Positions 61,411 through 64,000 of a stretch of 64,000 nt of DNA are shown here, piece after piece. This DNA is from Alcaligenaceae bacterium. Its GTDB lineage: Bacteria; Pseudomonadota; Gammaproteobacteria; Burkholderiales; Burkholderiaceae_B. Location of the stretch: contig JABMMM010000174.1 in NCBI GenBank assembly GCA_013205565.1, forward strand, positions 2,290 to 66,289. The letters run 5' to 3'. The notes beneath the pieces are model-generated. The model did not search any database. It was not told the DNA's origin and saw only the letters and a list, made by a program, of their open reading frames with translations. Made by a program: the position numbers and the translations under genes. The stretch's first letter is position 1. Each line of letters starts with the position of its first letter.

Positions 61411-61689
61411 AATAGATTGGACACAATAGGGAAGTTGAATACCCCTGATCATAACGCAGCCTGAGAGCAATTTAGCCTGATCCGGGGGGCGAAATTCTGC
61501 GTGACGGCTCCTGACTAACCAAGGGCAATCCCTCATTCACTTTTCTTGCAAAATCCCGCACAGTGACCTGCCCTCGCTGCGCCCAGATACCGACCACCAC
61601 TCGGTATACTTAGCACAGAGAGACAGGGCGAGTGCAGCCCTCAAACGCTCAGAATTCTCGATTGAACCCTTTTTAAAAGAAGCACCACT

Positions 61690-63024
61690 TTGAACAGAGG
61701 CTTTTATACGGTCATGGCGGCGCAGGCGCTATCTTCGCTTGCTGACAATGCGCTTTTTATCGCCGCAATCGCGCTGATTCAACAGCTTCAGGGGCCCGAC
61801 TGGATGGCGCCCATGATGAAGTGGTGGTTCGCAGCCTCTTACGTCTTGCTCGCCGCGTTTGTCGGGGCGATTTCGGACTCGTACCCAAAAGGCCGAGTCA
61901 TGTTTGTGACCAACGCCATCAAGGTCAGTGGCTGCGTGCTGATGTTTTGTTACGCCTTTTTGGGCTTGTCGGCGGGTGCGCAGGTCAACCTGGTGTGCGT
62001 GGCCTACGCGGTGGTCGGAATTGGCGCAGCCGCCTACTCGCCCGCCAAATACGGAATCGTCACTGAAATGCTGCCCCCCCTAGAGCTTGTTAAGGGCAAC
62101 AGCTGGATCGAGGGCCTGACAATCTTATCCATTATTTTGGGTACGCTGGTAGGGGGCGTGCTAGTTTCGCCAGGTGTATCGGCCTGGTTACTCTCGCATC
62201 CTTGGCTGCATAGCGTCGTGTCGACCCCCGCCGAGGCCGCTATTTTGGTCATCGGCCTGGTATACGCTGCAGCTGCGATTTGCACGCTGATGATTCCAAA
62301 AACCAATATCCAATATCCCAAACAGCAAAAGAATCCGCTTGCTCTTATGACTGCTTTTTGGGGCTATGTTCGCATTCTCTGGAAAGATAAACTCGGGCAA
62401 ATTTCGTTGGCAGTCACCACCTTATTTTGGGGTGCGGGTGCCACACTGCAATTATTGGTCATTGAATGGGGCCGCAGCCATCTGGGCTACCGGCTCGATC
62501 AGGCCTCGATCTTAATGGGGGTGACTGCCATTGGCACCATTTTTGGGGCCATGCTCGCTAGCCGAGTCACCCTGCCGCGCGCGTTAACGGTGCTGCCCTT
62601 AGGCGTGGGGATGGGATTTATCGTGCTCTTAATGCCCTTGGTGCAGTCGTCTTGGACGATCCATATTTTAGGGGTTGATTTGCCGTGGGCTGCCTATATT
62701 TTGCTGATCTTAATTGGCTTAACGTCGGGCTACTTTGTGGTGCCCATGAACGCGTTGCTACAGCACCGCGGCCATGTTTTACTTTCTGCAGGGCATTCAA
62801 TCGCAGTTCAAAACTTCAATGAACAGCTCAACATCTTGCTGATGGTGGCGATCTATACGCTACTGCTTTGGCTGAATTTTTCGATTAGCTTCATCATCGC
62901 AATCTTCGGAATGCTGGTGGCAAGCCTGATGCTGGTGCTAATGCGTTGGAATCAGCTCAACCTCAAACGCAACCCTGGCCTGTTAGACGAAATCGGTCAG
63001 GAAGGACACGGCAAAGCGCTTTGA
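61690..63024 (+). CDS. lplT: Lysophospholipid transporter LplT (MFS), copy 2
   Basis: SSLADNALF, YSPAKYG, VPMNALLQHRG. Confidence 0.9.
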   Translation: MNRGFYTVMAAQALSSLADNALFIAAIALIQQLQGPDWMAPMMKWWFAASYVLLAAFVGAISDSYPKGRVMFVTNAIKVSGCVLMFCYAFLGLSAGAQVNLVCVAYAVVGIGAAAYSPAKYGIVTEMLPPLELVKGNSWIEGLTILSIILGTLVGGVLVSPGVSAWLLSHPWLHSVVSTPAEAAILVIGLVYAAAAICTLMIPKTNIQYPKQQKNPLALMTAFWGYVRILWKDKLGQISLAVTTLFWGAGATLQLLVIEWGRSHLGYRLDQASILMGVTAIGTIFGAMLASRVTLPRALTVLPLGVGMGFIVLLMPLVQSSWTIHILGVDLPWAAYILLILIGLTSGYFVVPMNALLQHRGHVLLSAGHSIAVQNFNEQLNILLMVAIYTLLLWLNFSISFIIAIFGMLVASLMLVLMRWNQLNLKRNPGLLDEIGQEGHGKAL

Positions 63025-63112
63025 ATTCTGCGGGTAAGCGCTTTGAATTCTGCGGATAAGCGCTGTGCAGGCAAGCGCTTTACAGGCCCGCACGTAGCAG
63101 GCCCGCACGCAG
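63014..63112. repeat. Short tandem duplications across and after the lplT stop codon
   Basis: AAGCGCTTTGAATTCTGCGG(G/A)T x2 (22-bp period) plus partial copies, then CAGGCCCGCACG x2. Confidence 0.8.
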
Positions 63113-63117
63113 TGCGA

Positions 63118-64000
63118 CTAGCGCAGTGAACGCAGCAACTGCAGATCTTGCCAGGCTGCGGCTTTATCTGCAGGGTGATTCAGCAGGTGCCCGGTATGGT
63201 AACTCGCCACTAAGGCAATGCGTTGACCGCCCACTTCAAGGTGATGCACCCGTCCGCGCAAATTTTGCAAGGGCTCATCCTTGTTCAAAAGCGATTGCGC
63301 CACGTCGCGCCCCAGCGCCAAAATACTAAAGGGTCGCACTAACTCGAACTGGCGCAGCAAATAAGGTTTGCATGCCGCGAGTTCTTCGGGCTGTGGGCGC
63401 CGGTTACCCGGCGGACGGCATTTGACCAGATTGGCCAAATACACATCGCGAGTGCGAGCACGGCCAATCGCCGCTAACATTTGATCAAGCAGGGCACCAG
63501 ATTCAGTTAAAAACGGCAAGCCTTTGCGGTCTTCTTGTTCGCCCGGACCTTCACCAACCACCATCACAGCGGGTTGCGTCACGCCCTGACCCATCACAAT
63601 CTGTTCACGCTCACGGCACAGCCCGCAAGCCTGGCAAGCGCTGGCGGCTAACGTCAACGCTTGAAGGTCGGTTGCGGCACCGGCCGCTGCCGTCGTCAGC
63701 GCCGTCATTGCAGCGATCGCTACTGCGCTAACGGGGGCTGCGACCTGATGGCGTTGCGACGCCGCGCCACGAGGCGAGCCACGAACCAGTGCGGGTGCGG
63801 GTGCAGGTGCGGCTGCGGCTGTGGCTGTGGCTGTGGCTGTGGTCGCGGTTGCGGTCGCGGTCGCGCTGGTGGCGGCGCTGGTCGCTGCAGCAGGCGCAGC
63901 CGCCGGCTTGGGCTCGGGTAGAGGGTCCGCAGCCACCGGCGCGCTGGCTGCCACTGCCACGGCGGCTGCCGCTGAGGCGGCTGAGGCGGCTGAGGCCGCG
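63118..64000 (-). CDS. Family-4 uracil-DNA glycosylase-like protein with long Ala/Thr/Pro linker (5' end beyond window)
   Basis: CQACGLC, VVGEGPG, NLVKCRPPGNR.P...C; the frame stays open to base 64000. Confidence 0.82.
   Translation of the reverse strand, partial: AASAASAASAAAAVAVAASAPVAADPLPEPKPAAAPAAATSAATSATATATATTATATATAAAAPAPAPALVRGSPRGAASQRHQVAAPVSAVAIAAMTALTTAAAGAATDLQALTLAASACQACGLCREREQIVMGQGVTQPAVMVVGEGPGEQEDRKGLPFLTESGALLDQMLAAIGRARTRDVYLANLVKCRPPGNRRPQPEELAACKPYLLRQFELVRPFSILALGRDVAQSLLNKDEPLQNLRGRVHHLEVGGQRIALVASYHTGHLLNHPADKAAAWQDLQLLRSLR

Noticed and set aside
61411-61689. Possible ncRNA in the 280-bp smc-lplT gap
   Set aside because: No tRNA, SRP or riboswitch signature that I can recognise; probably divergent promoters
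63014-63081. Possible CRISPR
   Set aside because: Repeats are contiguous with no spacers

Overview
Ordinary betaproteobacterial chromosome. The Bordetella-like gene order (relA-ridA, msrB-yciB-bolA-PPIase, ligA-zipA-smc) suggests Alcaligenaceae, which is an inference. I see no rRNA, tRNA, CRISPR, integrase or IS. Housekeeping genes flank a ~35 kb block (15.4-50.4 kb) that reads as a phosphate-starvation (Pho) supercluster. Eight promoters there have 11-bp-periodic PhoB-type boxes followed, exactly 10 nt downstream, by a -10-like hexamer. The block holds: (i) C-P lyase phnGHIJKLM with DUF1045 and an orphan PhnZ but no phnCDE/F/N/P, followed by an AccA(agrocinopine)-like ABC importer, a phosphonate monoester hydrolase and a HAD phosphatase, a candidate phosphonate-ester salvage pathway; (ii) PlcP plus GT28 and GT4 glycosyltransferases for phospholipid-to-glycolipid remodelling; (iii) an uncharacterised lipid module of an Mpo1-like protein, a membrane-anchored class III PLP enzyme, a Psd-like decarboxylase and a second LplT; (iv) two more ABC importers each ending in a GpdQ-like phosphodiesterase. 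A 16x7-bp tandem repeat sits inside the bioMNY operon. All family assignments come from motif recognition and recalled sequences; no database search was run.
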